Origin: Octopus sinensis
Taxonomy: Eukaryota
Length of the DNA: 64,000 bases
NCBI RefSeq assembly: GCF_006345805.1
Contig: NC_043007.1
Location: 63,426,001-63,490,000, forward strand
Direction of reading: 5' to 3'
Shown here: positions 26,790 to 40,421 of the stretch, piece after piece
Layout: each line of letters starts with the position of its first letter
Position numbering within the stretch: the stretch's first letter is position 1
Made by a program: the position numbers and the translations under genes
The notes under the pieces: generated by a model
Told to the model about the DNA's origin: nothing
Databases searched by the model: none
Seen by the model: the letters and a program-made list of their open reading frames with translations, nothing else

Positions 26790-28230
26790 TATATTCTTTG
26801 GCTAGAAATATCTAGCCAAAGATAAACCTCTGTACTTGGCTTTTGTTGACTTGGAGAAAACCTTTGACAAGGTCCCTGTTCCCTTATCTGGTGGTCAATG
26901 CGGAAACTGGGGATAGTTGAGTGGTTGGTAAGAGCTGTACAAGCTGTCAGTAAGGTGAGGGTTGGCAATGAGTATATTGAAGAATTCCGGATGGAAGTAG
27001 GGGTTTACCAAGGATCAGTTCTCAGCTCCCTCTTATTCATCATAGTCCTCCAGGCAATAACAGAGGAATTGAAGACAGGCTGCTCCTGGGAGCTCCTCTA
27101 TGTTGATGATCTTGTTCTTAAAGCTGAGTCACTACCAGAACTAGAGACAAACTTTAGGGTGTGGAAGCAAGGTCTAGGATCAAATGGCCTTAGGGTTTAC
27201 CTAGTAAAAATCAAAATCTTAGTAAGTAGGAAGGCTGACAAATCATAAAACCCTTCAAGCAGATGGTCCTATTTAATCTGTGGAAAAGGCATGGGTAGAA
27301 ACTCCCGGTGAAAGCTATGGACACATAAAAGGTGCAGCAACATCAAAGGAAGGTTAACTGGGAAGAGAGTTTTATTGTGTGGCAGATGCACAGGGGCAAT
27401 AAACACTGAAGATGTACAGAAAACATATTCCATCACATGCCAGGGAGAAAAACTAGAAGTAGTTGACAGCTACCACTACCTAGGCGACCAAGTAGTAGGG
27501 GTGGTTGCTCTGAGAGTGTAGCAGCTAAAACAAGAATAGCCTGGACAAAGTTCAGGGAGCTTGTACCTCTGCTGGCAACTAAGGGCCTCTCGCACAGGAT
27601 GAAAGGTAGACTGTATGATGCATATGTGTGGACTGCCATCTACGCAGCAGTGGAACATGGGCTGTGACTGCTGAGGACATGCATAGGCTTGAAAAAAATG
27701 AAGCTAGTATGATCTGCTAGATGTCTAATGTCAGTGTGCATACACAACAGGGTGTAGGCACCTGAGAGAAAAGTTGGACATAAGAAGCATCAAATGTGGT
27801 GTGCAAGAGAGACGACTGTGCTGGTATAGTCATGTGTTCCATATGGATGAGGACAGCTGTGTGAGGAAGTGCCACACCCTAACTATGGAAGGAACCTGTG
27901 GAAGAGGTAGACCCAGGAAGACATGGGATAAGCTAGTGAAGCATGACCTTCAAACGTTGGGCCTCACAGAGGCAATGACAGGAGACCGAGACCTCTGGAG
28001 ATATTCTGTGATTGAGAAGCCATGGCCGATGCCAGTGTTGCATGCCCAGCCCATTCAAGAGTACCCTTGATGCATTGGACAATATGATATGCTTGAGAAG
28101 ACCTGTTGAATCAAGTAAAACCAGAATTGTAGCAGTGGCCAGTGCTCCCTGACTGGCTCCTATTCCGGTGGCACATAAAATGCATCATTTAAACGTGGTT
28201 GATACCAGTGTCCACTGACTGGCTTCAACA
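26790..28230 (+). mobile_element. RTE-clade LINE ORF2 (reverse transcriptase) fragment, frameshifted
   Basis: LYLAFVDLEKTFDKVP, GVYQGSVLSSLLFIIVL, ELLYVDDLVL and RRLCWYSHV...GRGRPRKTW are RT/RTE motifs. Confidence 0.92.
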
Positions 28231-28509
28231 CACGATTTCTGAGCATTGCCTCACGTCTGCGACATAGAAATTTTATATTTTTGTCTTTATATAGAGTCTG
28301 ACAAGCCGTCCACAAGGCTTTGGCTTTGTGTATATGAAATCTTGGGTAACTCTATGGCCAAGATATCAAATTCTTTGTTGTAACAATTACTATTCTATTC
28401 TTTAGACTGTGCTTCTTTTCTGATATATGTTTTATTAATTAAATATATATATATATATATATATAGTTAATTAACTGTTCTGCCTTTCCTCCACCCAAAT
28501 ATGCACTCA

Positions 28510-28549
<40 letters not shown>

Positions 28550-28587
28550 AGTGCATGTTTGGGTGGAGGAAAGGCAGAACAGTTAAT

Positions 28588-28622
<35 letters not shown>

Positions 28623-28624
<2 letters not shown>

Positions 28625-28830
28625 TCATCATCATCATCATCATCGTTTAGCGTCCGTTTTCCATGCTAGCATGGGTTGGACGGTTCTACTGGGGTCTGTG
28701 AAGCCAGAAGGCTTCATCAGGCCCAGTCAAATCTGGCAGTGTTTCTACGGCTGGATGCCCTTCCTAACGCCAACCACTCCGTGAGTAGTGGGTGCTTTTT
28801 ACGTGCCACCCGCACTTTTACGTGCCACCC
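28623..28830 (-). mobile_element. RTE-type 3' end fragment inserted in (TA)n
   Basis: (CAT)n cgtttagcgtccgttttccatgctagc... tail. Confidence 0.75.
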
Positions 28831-29004
28831 AGATATATATATATATATATGCATGCATGAGTGCATATTTGGGTGGAGGAAAGGCAGAACAGTTAAGCAT
28901 TAGAAAAATTCCTTTCTGACATTTGTTCCGACATTTCCTGTTCTGAGTTCAAATCCTGTCATAGTCAACTTATATATTTTCTCTAGCATTGATTACAGTT
29001 CTTC

Positions 29005-29098
<94 letters not shown>

Positions 29099-29169
29099 AA
29101 CACACGCATATATTAAATCAATTGATGCATAACTTACACACACACACAAACATATATATATATATACAT

Positions 29170-30333
29170 ACCAGCTGGTGTACCCAGTAGTTCCTGGGGG
29201 TAAAGATGTTCTATTGAAATGCCTTAATACTCTGATATAAGAAAGTAATTTTGTTATAACTGCCACAAAAGATGTATTTTCCATCACAAAAAAGTACAAA
29301 AAACTTTCAGCTGGAGGAGAAAGTGATTGTTGGAGGTTGGCAAGAGAAGTTTGTGGAGGTTGGCGACAAAGATTGTCGGAGGTTGGCGAGAGGCAAAGAC
29401 ATTATTCTGCTTAGCGAAGGCATCTGGGAAATGTATAACTGCTGTCATTCACAGAAAAACTATTGTTTTACCGTGAGAAAAGCGCTGTTGAAGTGTTAAG
29501 TAAAATTTGGTAATCAAGGATCAAATCCACCCTATGCCTGCATGAAGCCACTTCAGATATGTTGTGGAATAAAAAATTTATCTACTGTCATGGAAAAAGT
29601 GTAACTGTAAAAATGCAGAATTATTGGAGTAATGGGCATTCAAAAAAGTATGTATATATAGAAGTGAATGAATGATGTCTTTAATGTTCAAGATTCAAAT
29701 TAAAGAAGTGCAATAATAATGTTTAGAAGTTCAAAACTGTGAGTAGCGAAATGCAGATTTAGGTCGGCTGATCGTGAGAATCAAATATTGATCGCTTTGC
29801 TAAAATCTGCAGGTGGTATGGGTTATTTTCCTTGGGTTGTTTAAATAAAATATTAGTAATATGTAGTAACTGGAAGGATCCATTGGAAGGGCCTTATTAT
29901 CGTTTTCTTTTCAACAATCTATGTTACGAGGATTCCAGACACGAGTTCTACTCACACGTCAAATAGAGTATAAAAGTAATATTGTCTGCAAAAATTTAAA
30001 ATAGGACACACAAAAAAATCAATATTCAAAGTAATTGAACATAAACAATGAAATGGGTTATTTCCCTTGAGTGTTTAAAAAAAATATTGTACAAGTGCTA
30101 AGGGTTATTTCCTTGGGTGTTTTAAAAAAAATTAGCAATATGAGGTTGATATAAAGGTCCCTTCCAGGAACCGTATAATCAATTTTTTCAACAATCTAAG
30201 TATGTCACAAGGTTTCTAGACATGAGTTCTACTCACGTGTCAAGTTTCATCAAAATCAATAAAACAATGTAGGAGGAGTTAGCTAACAATGCCACAAACA
30301 AACACACACTGATTTTCCACATATGTAGTAGAT
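29170..30333 (+). mobile_element. Non-autonomous Helitron/Helentron (DINE-like) element
   Basis: The 5' end atac cagctggtgtacccag and 3' end aagtttcatcaaaatc...acaaacaaacacacac...tagtagat resemble Helitron-derived elements. It has an internal direct repeat (about 29820-29980 versus 30105-30240) and short ggaggttggc repeats. Confidence 0.5.
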
Positions 30334-30488
30334 ACAATGGGCTTCTTTCAGTTTCTGTCTCCCAAATACACTCACTATGCTTTGGTCAGCCTGAGGCTAT
30401 AGTAGAAGACAATTGCCCAAGGTGCCATGCAGTGAGACTGAACCTAGAACCATGTGGTCGGGAAGCAAATTTCTTACCCCACAGCCAC
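30334..30488 (-). mobile_element. tRNA-derived SINE 5' half
   Basis: Reverse of the 2960 head. Confidence 0.8.
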
Positions 30489-30579
30489 ATATATAAAGAA
30501 TAGCTTATCTTATAATAATTCTGCTTGTTAGTGCATTACTTAACCCATCAGTAACTCTTTTGCATGATTAAACAAAAAG

Positions 30580-30925
30580 AGGGAGAGAGAAGCATCCATG
30601 ACGTGAGGTAGAGGGAATGTAATTGTAATACTTTCACGTGATTAGTAGAGGGAAAGAGAGGAGAAAGAAAAAGGAGAGAGAAAAAGAAGATAAGGCAAAG
30701 AGTGAGACGGAAAGAAGGAGAAAGAAAAAGAGAAAGTGAGAAGCATCCATGACGTGAGGTAGAGGGAATGTAATTGTAATACTTTCACGTGATTAGTAGA
30801 GGGAAAGAGAGGAGAAAGAAAAAGGAGAGAGAAAAAGAAGATAAGGCAAAGAGTGAGACGGAAAGAAGGAGAAAGAAAAGAGGGAGAGAGAAGCATCCAT
30901 GACATGAGTTAGAGGGAATGTAACA
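30580..30925. repeat. Tandem repeat, period 150-151 bp, about 2.2 copies, purine-rich
   Basis: agcatccatgac starts at 30591, 30742 and 30892. Confidence 0.9.
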
Positions 30926-31359
30926 TTTATTACATGGTTAAAACAGTTAGTTGAAGGTAGAGAGAGTTAGAGATATCATTTTAGCAGAAGGATGATATTC
31001 TGAAAGAAAGGTAGAGAGAGGGGGGGGTGAGGATGGTAGAGAGATATGATGGTGGTAGCGGAGGTGGCGTTGGTGATTGCATAGTGAAAAGTGTATTTCT
31101 TTTTAATTGAACTAAGTTTTTTTATATCACCTATAGCTTAGCACATGCTCATAAGCGCAATTCCATGAAATATTCATGCTTATTTAAGCAACATATATGC
31201 ATATATACAACTAAAAGTTGTATCATATGTATGAGATAATTTTTTTTGTTTATGAGAAAAATGGAAGAATAAGAATGAATATCTATTTTGAGTGCTGTGT
31301 ATTTAGTCTTTAAAATGGTGCATAAAGTATGTATATAAAGTGTATATTCTTTTATTCTT

Positions 31360-31752
31360 CTATTCTTTTACTTGTTTCAAACATTTGACTGGGGCCATGC
31401 TGGAGCACCACCTTTTAGTCGAAGAAATCGACCCCTGGATTAATTCTTTGTAAGCCTGGTACTTATTCTATCAGTCACTTCTGCCAAGCCTTTAGGTTAT
31501 GGGGATGTAAACATACCAACATCGGTTGTTAAGCGATAGTAGTAGGAACAGACACAATGACACACACGCATAATTGTATACATATATGTATACAACAGGC
31601 TTCTTTCAGTGTCCATCAACCAAATCTGTTCACAAGGCTTTGGTTGGCCCAAGGCTATTGTAGATGACACTTGCCCAAGATGCCACACAGAGAGGCTGAA
31701 CCCAGAACCATGTGGTTGGGAAGCAAGCTTCTTACCACACAGCCACACCTGC
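31360..31752 (-). mobile_element. Full-length tRNA-derived SINE (2960 family)
   Basis: Reverse complement colinear with 2960-3397. Confidence 0.85.
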
Positions 31753-32805
31753 ATTAAGTAATCATCATATTCCAATTTCTTTCACTTTTCAATGAGTAGT
31801 AGATGAGTGACTGTCTTTCCATACAGACACAACACAAGCTATGCTCTCAGGTTTTTGGGATGAAGTTTTCAGGAATAACCCAATAGGTTTACCATTAATT
31901 CCATGAAATATTCATGGATCCTGCTAGTTGAATAATAATGATGATGATTATGATACAGGCACAGCCACGGTTGTCTACTCAAGAACCTTGCTTCCCAACC
32001 ATGTTGCTTTGGGTTCAGTCTTGCAATGAAGCACTTTGGCAAGTGATTCTACTATAGCCCCACATTGACCAAAGCCTTATGAGTATTTCTTTGGTAGATA
32101 CAAACTGAGAGAAACCCATTGTATTTATATAAATATGCATGTACATGTTTGTGTGTGTGTGTGTGTGTGTGTGTACCCTTGCCTTGACATCATATGACAG
32201 TTTTGAATAAGCATCATTATCATACAAGTGAATTTGTTCATTTCCAGTCCTCTATAATAAACGCATCTGGTCATGGGGGGGGGGTATTATCTTGCTTGGA
32301 AACAGGTAAGAGTTGGCAACAGGAAGAGCATCCAGCTGTAGAAAATGTGCTCAACAAATTCCATCTGACCCATGCAAACATGAAAAAATTGGATGTTAAA
32401 TGATGAAGATGGTGATGACAGTAAATTAAAAAATGGACAAGCAGTTCTTTATGGCAACAGAGCTCTTATAAATAAGTTACACAAATATGAATATAATTAA
32501 GCAGAAAGAAGGAAGATAGTCCATGGTAGTCCTTGACAAATTGATAGATACCCAGAGGTTACATGTGTAACAGTTGTGCAAATTTTTGCCAATTTAATTT
32601 TATTTGTAAATGCTTTGATGTCATAAACAACTACTTATCCACCTTTATTTTATCTAAATATTTTGTCCTATAGCCAACTCTTATTCAGCAGGATCATACC
32701 TCCCATGATTAGGACATTGGATTCTAGAGATTTGATCTGATTTGAGCTCTAATCCAGTTCATGTCTATTCTCACCTTGATATATTCTCATCCTATATATA
32801 TATAT

Positions 32806-32807
<2 letters not shown>

Positions 32808-32840
<33 letters not shown>

Positions 32841-33430
32841 TTAACATCCATTGTCCATTCTGGCATGGGTTGGACGGTTTGACCAGGTCTGGCAAGCTGG
32901 ATGGCTGCACCAGACTCTAGTCTGTTTTGGCATGATTTCTACAGCTGGATGACCTTCCTAATGCCAACCACTCTGAGAGTGTAAAGGGTGCTTTTATGTG
33001 TCACCAGCACAGGTACCATTTGCATGACACTAGTATCTGCCATGACTGGGGTTTTACTTGGCTTGATAGGTCTTCTTCTCAAATACAACATAATGCCAAA
33101 TGGATTCAGTCATTACCTTTCTGAGGCCCAATGCTCGAAACACAGCATAATGCCAAATGTTCTCGGTCCTTGCCTCCATGAGGCCCAATGCTCGAAAGGT
33201 GCTTTTACATGCCACTGGCATGGGTGCCTTTTGCATGACACCAGTATCTGCGATGACTACGAGTTTACTTGGCTTGATGGGTCTTCTTCTCAAGCACAAC
33301 ATAATGCTAAAGGTCTCAGTCATTTCCTCTGTGAGGCCCAACATTTGACAGGAGCTCATCCACTTGGCCTCTGTGAGGCTCAACACTCGGAAGTTGCTTT
33401 TTATGCTCCACCTGCATGAGTACCAGTTAT
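32808..33430 (-). mobile_element. RTE-type 3' end with internally duplicated segments
   Basis: (CAT)n tail in (TA)n; the block tttacttggcttgat.ggtcttcttctcaa..acaacataatgc is repeated. Confidence 0.7.
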
Positions 33431-35054
33431 GTGACACAATTTTATGTGGTTAATTCATTAAAATTTCATTAAAAAGTCTTTTTCTTTTCTATTTTTCCTT
33501 TCTTTCTTTTTTCTTTCCATTGTATACCTATTTTTGTAAATAAACACATTTTCTCACAAGGGCTGGTGACCTTTCAAAGATGTCAATGTTAGGAAGTAGG
33601 ATGGAAAAACATAAGAAAAGGGGAGAGGGTGCAATTATCACTGAAAATTAAAAAAAGAGTTCAAAGTTCAAAGTCTTATGAAAATATATATTCCTTTGCT
33701 CTTGTATAGTCAAGTCCCATATTTTGTGTAATTCCATGTTTTGCATGAACAAACATTAAACATTAGTACAATATTCATAAATTAGGAAAATAAAGTCAGA
33801 ATATTAAAAAATTATTTGGTACTGTTTTTAATTTAATCTATTCTCTATGTACATTTAATTAAACATCATAAATGAGTTGTGCATGTATATTGTATATTTA
33901 GCTGGAAGGCACTCTGTAGGATATAAATTATATAATAAAACAGGGCCTGCTTAAATATATTTTTTTGAGTACCTTTCATCCTTTTGTAGGATTTATTTTA
34001 TTTTTTCTTGCTTGCTTGGATAAGAGAGTTCAAAAGAGATCTTTTTCATAAATTACTTTGCCAAGGAGCGACATTAGATATCTTTCCTAATCAGCAGTAA
34101 AATGGTTCTAGTATTCTTTCTCAGGTATAGGTAAGTTCTATAAGAACAACAGTTGTCAAAATCTCAATGTTATATATGAGATGTTTAGTAACAGACCATC
34201 GTAAGTGCCACAACTTAAAAACCAAGAAATACGCAAAGTTTTGTGGCTTTCAGAATGCAATATCTTGGCATGGAATGAAGTTAGGAAGTTGATTTTGGTC
34301 TTAAAATGACCGTGAAGACCTCCTCTAATCATCCCACCTATGTAAAATTATTTATTTATGTATGTATCTGACAGATGAAACAATAACTGCGTTTTTCTCA
34401 TTCTGCAGAATATACCAGTACTATAAAACGGTGTATCGCATTGCATATTTTAGCCATGATACCTAGAAAAAAACACAGAAACCACCCCCAAAGGTATTGT
34501 TTGTGTTTTAATATTCCAAGGTAAGTATCTTTAAGAGGTAAGTAAGACAAGATAGTAAGATTATTGCCCATTATTGTTACAATGGTAATGAGGAATATTA
34601 GAAAATGAACCATAACACCTCAAAAAATTATACAGTGACTACACCAAAGTTATTGATGAGCATGTTTGCTTATGATGGTGTGTTACTAAACTCTCTGGTC
34701 CGAGTTTGGGTGAGCGAGTGTTGTGTCAATAGCATCGAGGTACAATTTTTTTCAGCCAGATTTTCAACCTTATTGCAAGTTCTTCCTCTCAGCTTTTTTT
34801 GATTCTAAATGTTGAGACAAAGAAAATGATATACCAACTTCGAAAATGGCTGGGATGGTGCTTACGACACTCTGTTACTAAATGCCTCATATATATCTGA
34901 TCATTTATAGAGATGAGTATCATGTTATAAACATTGGAGCCACATTCAGAAACAACAGTAATAGTGTAATATAAATGTTTTCTCTTCATCTATCATCATT
35001 ACTACTAAAAAAGTAATAATAAAAATGTAGTTTTTCTGCTTCTCTTTCAAACAT

Positions 35055-36010
35055 CTAATTTTGGAGAGAATTTTTTGACATTGCTTTTTGGAATTTTAGG
35101 TCATCTCTTGAACATTTGTAAAAGGGAAAGATTTTGAGCTGTCCTTCACCACATATTTCTAGATGCTTACTCAGTGGAATCTTGAGCAATCTTCTTGTTG
35201 GATGTGTCGTCTGTGGGTTCTTGCATGTTGGCAGAGGGAATTGTTGTTTTGCCAATGTAATTTTCCTTGCAGTTGGGGCAAGTAATGCAGTATATGAGAT
35301 TCTGTGTCTTGCAGTTCATATCTGCATTTACTTTGAACAAGAATCTACTCTTGAATCTTATGTGGGAACCACTTTCTAGGTATTTTAAGTTGTTTTTGTT
35401 GCATGTTCTACATCTGCTATCTCCACATTCTTTTACAGTGACTGTGGAGTCATGTATTTGCATGTCAATATCCAGGAATGGTAATTCATTGCAACTGGAT
35501 TCTGTCATGAATTTGATGGATGGATGAAGTGTGTTGAGTATATTATTAAATATTTGTAAGTCTCCATTTGATTTGTCCCAAAAGATGAAGCAGTCATTGA
35601 GGAAGTGTTTCCACATTTTAATGATATATTTCTAGCAATCCTGATTAAAAGCTCTCTCAACTTCCTCATAAAGCCTTTCTTCCTAGTATCCCATGACTTG
35701 ATTAGCATATGAGGGTGGGAACAGTAGCCCCATAGCTGTGCCCTTTATCAGTCAATATGTTTTATTATTGAATCTAAAGGTGTTTTCTTCTAGTACCAGG
35801 CGTGTGGCCTTGGTGATGAAGTCAGTTTTGAAGTGTTCATTTATCCATCCTCTATGTTTCTCTACCCAGTTTTTGACTGCTTCCAGGTCCAAAGTGTGAG
35901 GTATATTGGTATAAAGACTAGTGACATCAAAGCTTGTAAGTATAGTACCTTCTGAGATAGTGGGTGGAATATGCAGGAGGAATTTTGATTTTGATTTTGT
36001 CTTAACAAAT
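35055..36010 (-). mobile_element. Penelope-like element RT + GIY-YIG, disrupted
   Basis: SFDVTSLYTNIP, KGTAMG, WKHFLNDCFIFW, LPFLDI, NLIYCITCPNCKENYIGKT and SKHLEICG...IFPFYK. Confidence 0.92.
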
Positions 36011-36104
36011 TCGAAAAATGAACGAAAGTGCTAATAAAGAATTATCCAAAATTCTGACTGCATCCTTTATCTCAGTATACAATATCTGTACACCACTTCA
36101 AACA

Positions 36105-36145
<41 letters not shown>

Positions 36146-37099
36146 GAGTGTCATGGAAAGACAAATATACCCAATGCATCCACGAAATTTTAAAACAAAT
36201 TATATTAAGCACATAAAATTGAGATGTGGAAGCAGGAAAGGAATCTACCATCAATATCAATCTTTCTTCAAATGTCCATCTGTTTGTCTTTTCAAGACAG
36301 GGTGTGTTAGCCACTGAAGGGTACATGAAACAAAGCAAGCTGATGATAAGTCATTGCCACCTAAATACACATGTCTGACAGTCATGTAATCAATGTTATC
36401 TTTCTGTTGATTGTCTGAAGAGACATGTGTATTCACAAAGCCAACTGTCATGAGTCTGCATTGTGTTTAACTGGTAGGTGTTGTTTATATAAATAGTTGT
36501 GGTAAAAACTGCAAATCACCACTGGGGCAAAAAAGAAAAAAAGAAAAAGAAGCCATCTTTGCTCTCCAGCAGTAGTTATTTTTATTATTGAGCCATCTTC
36601 GGTCATTTCAGCATGCAGTGACTGTTTAACTGAAATATGCTTGTTCTTTTCTCTTTATTTTTCTCTCTCCTTATCCATCTTTTCCATTCAAGAATATAGG
36701 TGGAAACATTAAGGACTTATTTCAATTTTCCTGAGCATCAACCTAATACATCCTGTTTATTTTTTTACCTCATATTTGTGTTTCCTTTCGTAACCTACAC
36801 ATACATACATACATACATACATACATACATACATACATACATACATACATACATACGTACATGCATACATACATCAGGTGCCAGCATGGCTGTGTGCTTA
36901 AGAAGTTCTGTGGTTTCAGATTTAGTCCACCTTGGGTAAGTATCTTCTACTATATATCCATTACAGCCAATCTTATCAATCAGTTTTGCACTAGGGGTTC
37001 AACAGAGTGTCAAGTAACGGCCTGATTATGTAACCTCTGTCTCTAAAGAGTGCAGTAATTTAAGAGAAACATTATAAAAGCAGTTGGAATTGATAAAAA

Positions 37100-38420
37100 C
37101 GTTTTCAGCTGACATAGGAATGGAATATGGGCAAAAGAAATGTTCATATCTGATTGCTGAATGGGGAAAATCAGTCCCCAAATCCTAAACCTGTCTCACT
37201 ATCTCTCCTGTCTCACATACAGAAAGCTATGAGTACCTAGGCATTGATGAAAACATATATGAAGGTACTGTGAATAAAGATAGAGTGGCCCATGAATATG
37301 AGTCAGAACTCTCCACTTACAACAAAGTCCCATAATGCATTTCCAGTATTATTGCTGATTCCAACATTTGAGATACCTGACTGATCTGTAGAGGAAATCC
37401 ATTCCAGAGGCATTAAAACCCACTAGATACTGATATCAACTGGAAATTTTCAGAGAAATAGTGGTATTGATAGGCTTTATTTAAGAAGAGATGAAGGAGG
37501 TAGAAACTTAAGATCAGTGCAGACAGCTTTCAAATGTCATAGTCTCTCTCAGACAGCACTTGCTAAACAACATGCAGCAAAAATTAATACATTAACTTAG
37601 TGCTGAAAAGTGAAGAGAACAACATCCTGTGTGTTGGCAATGAGCTCCTCAGGAAGCACTCTCTTCCTGATGACCTCTCATACAACCCCAAAACATACTT
37701 CAAAGATAACCTGGATATGAAATATTCTGTATACGATACCAAAAAAAGACTATGCATAGGTATGTTTCTTGGAAACTTGAAGAAGACAGTGATATTGAAA
37801 TGAAGTACAGCTTCTCTTGGACTTGTGACTGCTACATCATATCACCCTTCAAAGGCTATGCATTTACAATCCAAGAACAGGAGATTGCTACAGTGAAACC
37901 CTTGGAGCTCCAAGTTACAACTAAAAATATAGATTTTGTCATATTTCTACAGTAGACATCACATGTGATTAGCAGCTGCCCAAAAATGTCATCAAGGTAC
38001 TGCCTCCCTATGCAATGCGATGTTGTCACGAAAACAATATATAATGCCATTTGAGAAAATGACTGTCCTGAAATAAATATAATGAATCCCCCTGTTATTG
38101 AATACATACACAAACATCAAAACAAAGAATATTAGTGGAACATTCCCATTAAAACATTTGTAAAGTGCAAACATAATATGCTGGATATTGTTGTTTAAAA
38201 CAGACAAGAAAAAGTATGTACCATCATAGATGTGAATATCTCTTTGAAAATCAAAAACAAAAAAGAAAATTATGAACAATTGCTTTGAAACTTCCAGCAT
38301 CAATATCCAGATTACAAATTTACATTTATACCAATAATAAATAATTGGTGCATTCAGTTTTGTAAGTAAATGCCTAAGTGACAATCTGTATATGCTAGGG
38401 TTTTCAGAAAAAGACATCAA
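37100..38420 (+). mobile_element. Decayed R4/Dong-like non-LTR element (RT C-terminus + restriction-like endonuclease region)
   Basis: YEYLGIDEN, ..EGGRNL and ISSCPKMSSRYCLPM.CDVV pieces; many stops and frameshifts. Confidence 0.65.
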
Positions 38421-38529
38421 CCAACTAACTCACACATTACAAATATAATCTGTAAGTGATATAAAAGAAATCAAATGTAGCACGCATATAAAAAAATCAT
38501 GCTTGTACAGGCATGTAATGCATATAGAA

Positions 38530-38887
<358 letters not shown>

Positions 38888-39046
38888 TGAAGTTCAATTA
38901 GAGGTTGAATAAGCCTCATTAAGAGATAGTAATATCCAATGACTTACTGGTTCATTACTTGATATTTGTTGTGAACATTAATTATAATACTCATGAATAA
39001 TAGATAATTAGATAAACCAAGGTTTATATTTATTCAAGAAAAATAA

Positions 39047-39328
39047 GAAAATGGAGATACATCAATTGATAAGTATATTTATTAACTGAAAAAATAAACA
39101 TGATCTCTAAAATCAGTTTTGATTCATACTTTAAAGATTATAATTGTAATAATTAAATCATTTTATAAAGCAGAATCTCGTCAGTGACAGAAAAAAGATT
39201 TACCAATATATTATTAGGTGTTAAGTATACGGAACATTACAGCAAAGTATGAATCAAAACAGCTGTTAGAGATTATGTCTATTTTTGCAGTTAATAAATA
39301 TACTTATTAATTGATATATCTCCATTTT

Positions 39329-39329
<1 letters not shown>
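39047..39329. repeat. Imperfect inverted repeat (arms about 85 bp), probably a Penelope-type terminal repeat relic
   Basis: 39047-39132 versus 39244-39329; contains CTGACGA on the minus strand at 39178-39184. Confidence 0.7.
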
Positions 39330-39403
<74 letters not shown>

Positions 39404-39630
39404 ATGCTAGCATGGAGAACGGACGTTAAACGATGATGATGATGATATATATATATATATATACACACATACATACATATATACATATATATATATATAC
39501 CAGAGTAAGCACATAAATGTGAAATAAGGTGGAAAAAATAGTACTCAAATACCAGAGGTAGCGTAATGATGAACAGAAATATAAAACTCTGAGTAACAAC
39601 TGTTGTGATGTCTGCAGCTTTATCAATAAA

Positions 39631-39697
<67 letters not shown>

Positions 39698-40214
39698 CAC
39701 ACAGATATATAATATATAATACATACACACATACATACAGATATATATTGTATAAACTATAAATATGGATATTATTCTATTCATATTTTTACCCTCTTTC
39801 ATTTTGAAAGTTCAAAACCTTAATTTATTTATTTATTTATCATGAACTATTTCTGTATAGAATTATTTTGTTTTTAATCCATAGTTCAACTTGCTAATGT
39901 GTAAAATAAATGTGTTTAGTTAATTCATCTTTTATTTGTTGACATTATAAGTATAGTAGATGTTGACCCAGACAACACTTGGACTTGATGATTCACAGTA
40001 TTTTAAAGCTTTATTGTTTTAAATTCAAATTGTGTCAGCATTGATTTCACTCTCTCAGTGAAATGAAATAATACTGGTATATGAGTTAACATATACCATT
40101 AATTGAATTGACTATGCTCTTACTTGCCTCCATAAGCAAGGCATTGTGTGAATCATAGAAATCACTATTAATGCTGTCCTGGTGCTGGTTGTTGTAGTTG
40201 TTAATATGTGTTGT

Positions 40215-40382
40215 GGTATTTCTTCTGGCTCTTTATGTTCTACGTTTAAATCCTGCTGAGGTCAACTTTACCTTTTATTCTTCCGGTGTTGCTAAAACAA
40301 AATACCAGTCAAATATTGGTGTTGATGTAATCAACTTAACCTCCTTCCCTAAAATTGTTGGCCTTGTGCCAAAATTTGAAAC

Positions 40383-40385
<3 letters not shown>
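40215..40385 (+). mobile_element. Second-family SINE, abutting the (ATT)n tail of the R4-like element
   Basis: tttaaatcctgctgaggtcaactttacc...gtgccaaaatttgaaac. Confidence 0.7.

Positions 40386-40417
<32 letters not shown>

Positions 40418-40421
<4 letters not shown>

Noticed and set aside
34125-34200. Open plus-strand exon candidate (IGKFYKNNSCQNLNVIYEMFSNRP|gtaagt)
   Set aside because: Its 3' half and donor have an inverted homologue at about 34855-34900, indicating repeat origin, and joining to 34409 gives a stop.
36301-36470. CTGAAGA gacatgtg-tatt-cac near the 5' side of the Penelope element
   Set aside because: The downstream core and stem I are not recoverable; too degenerate to call.
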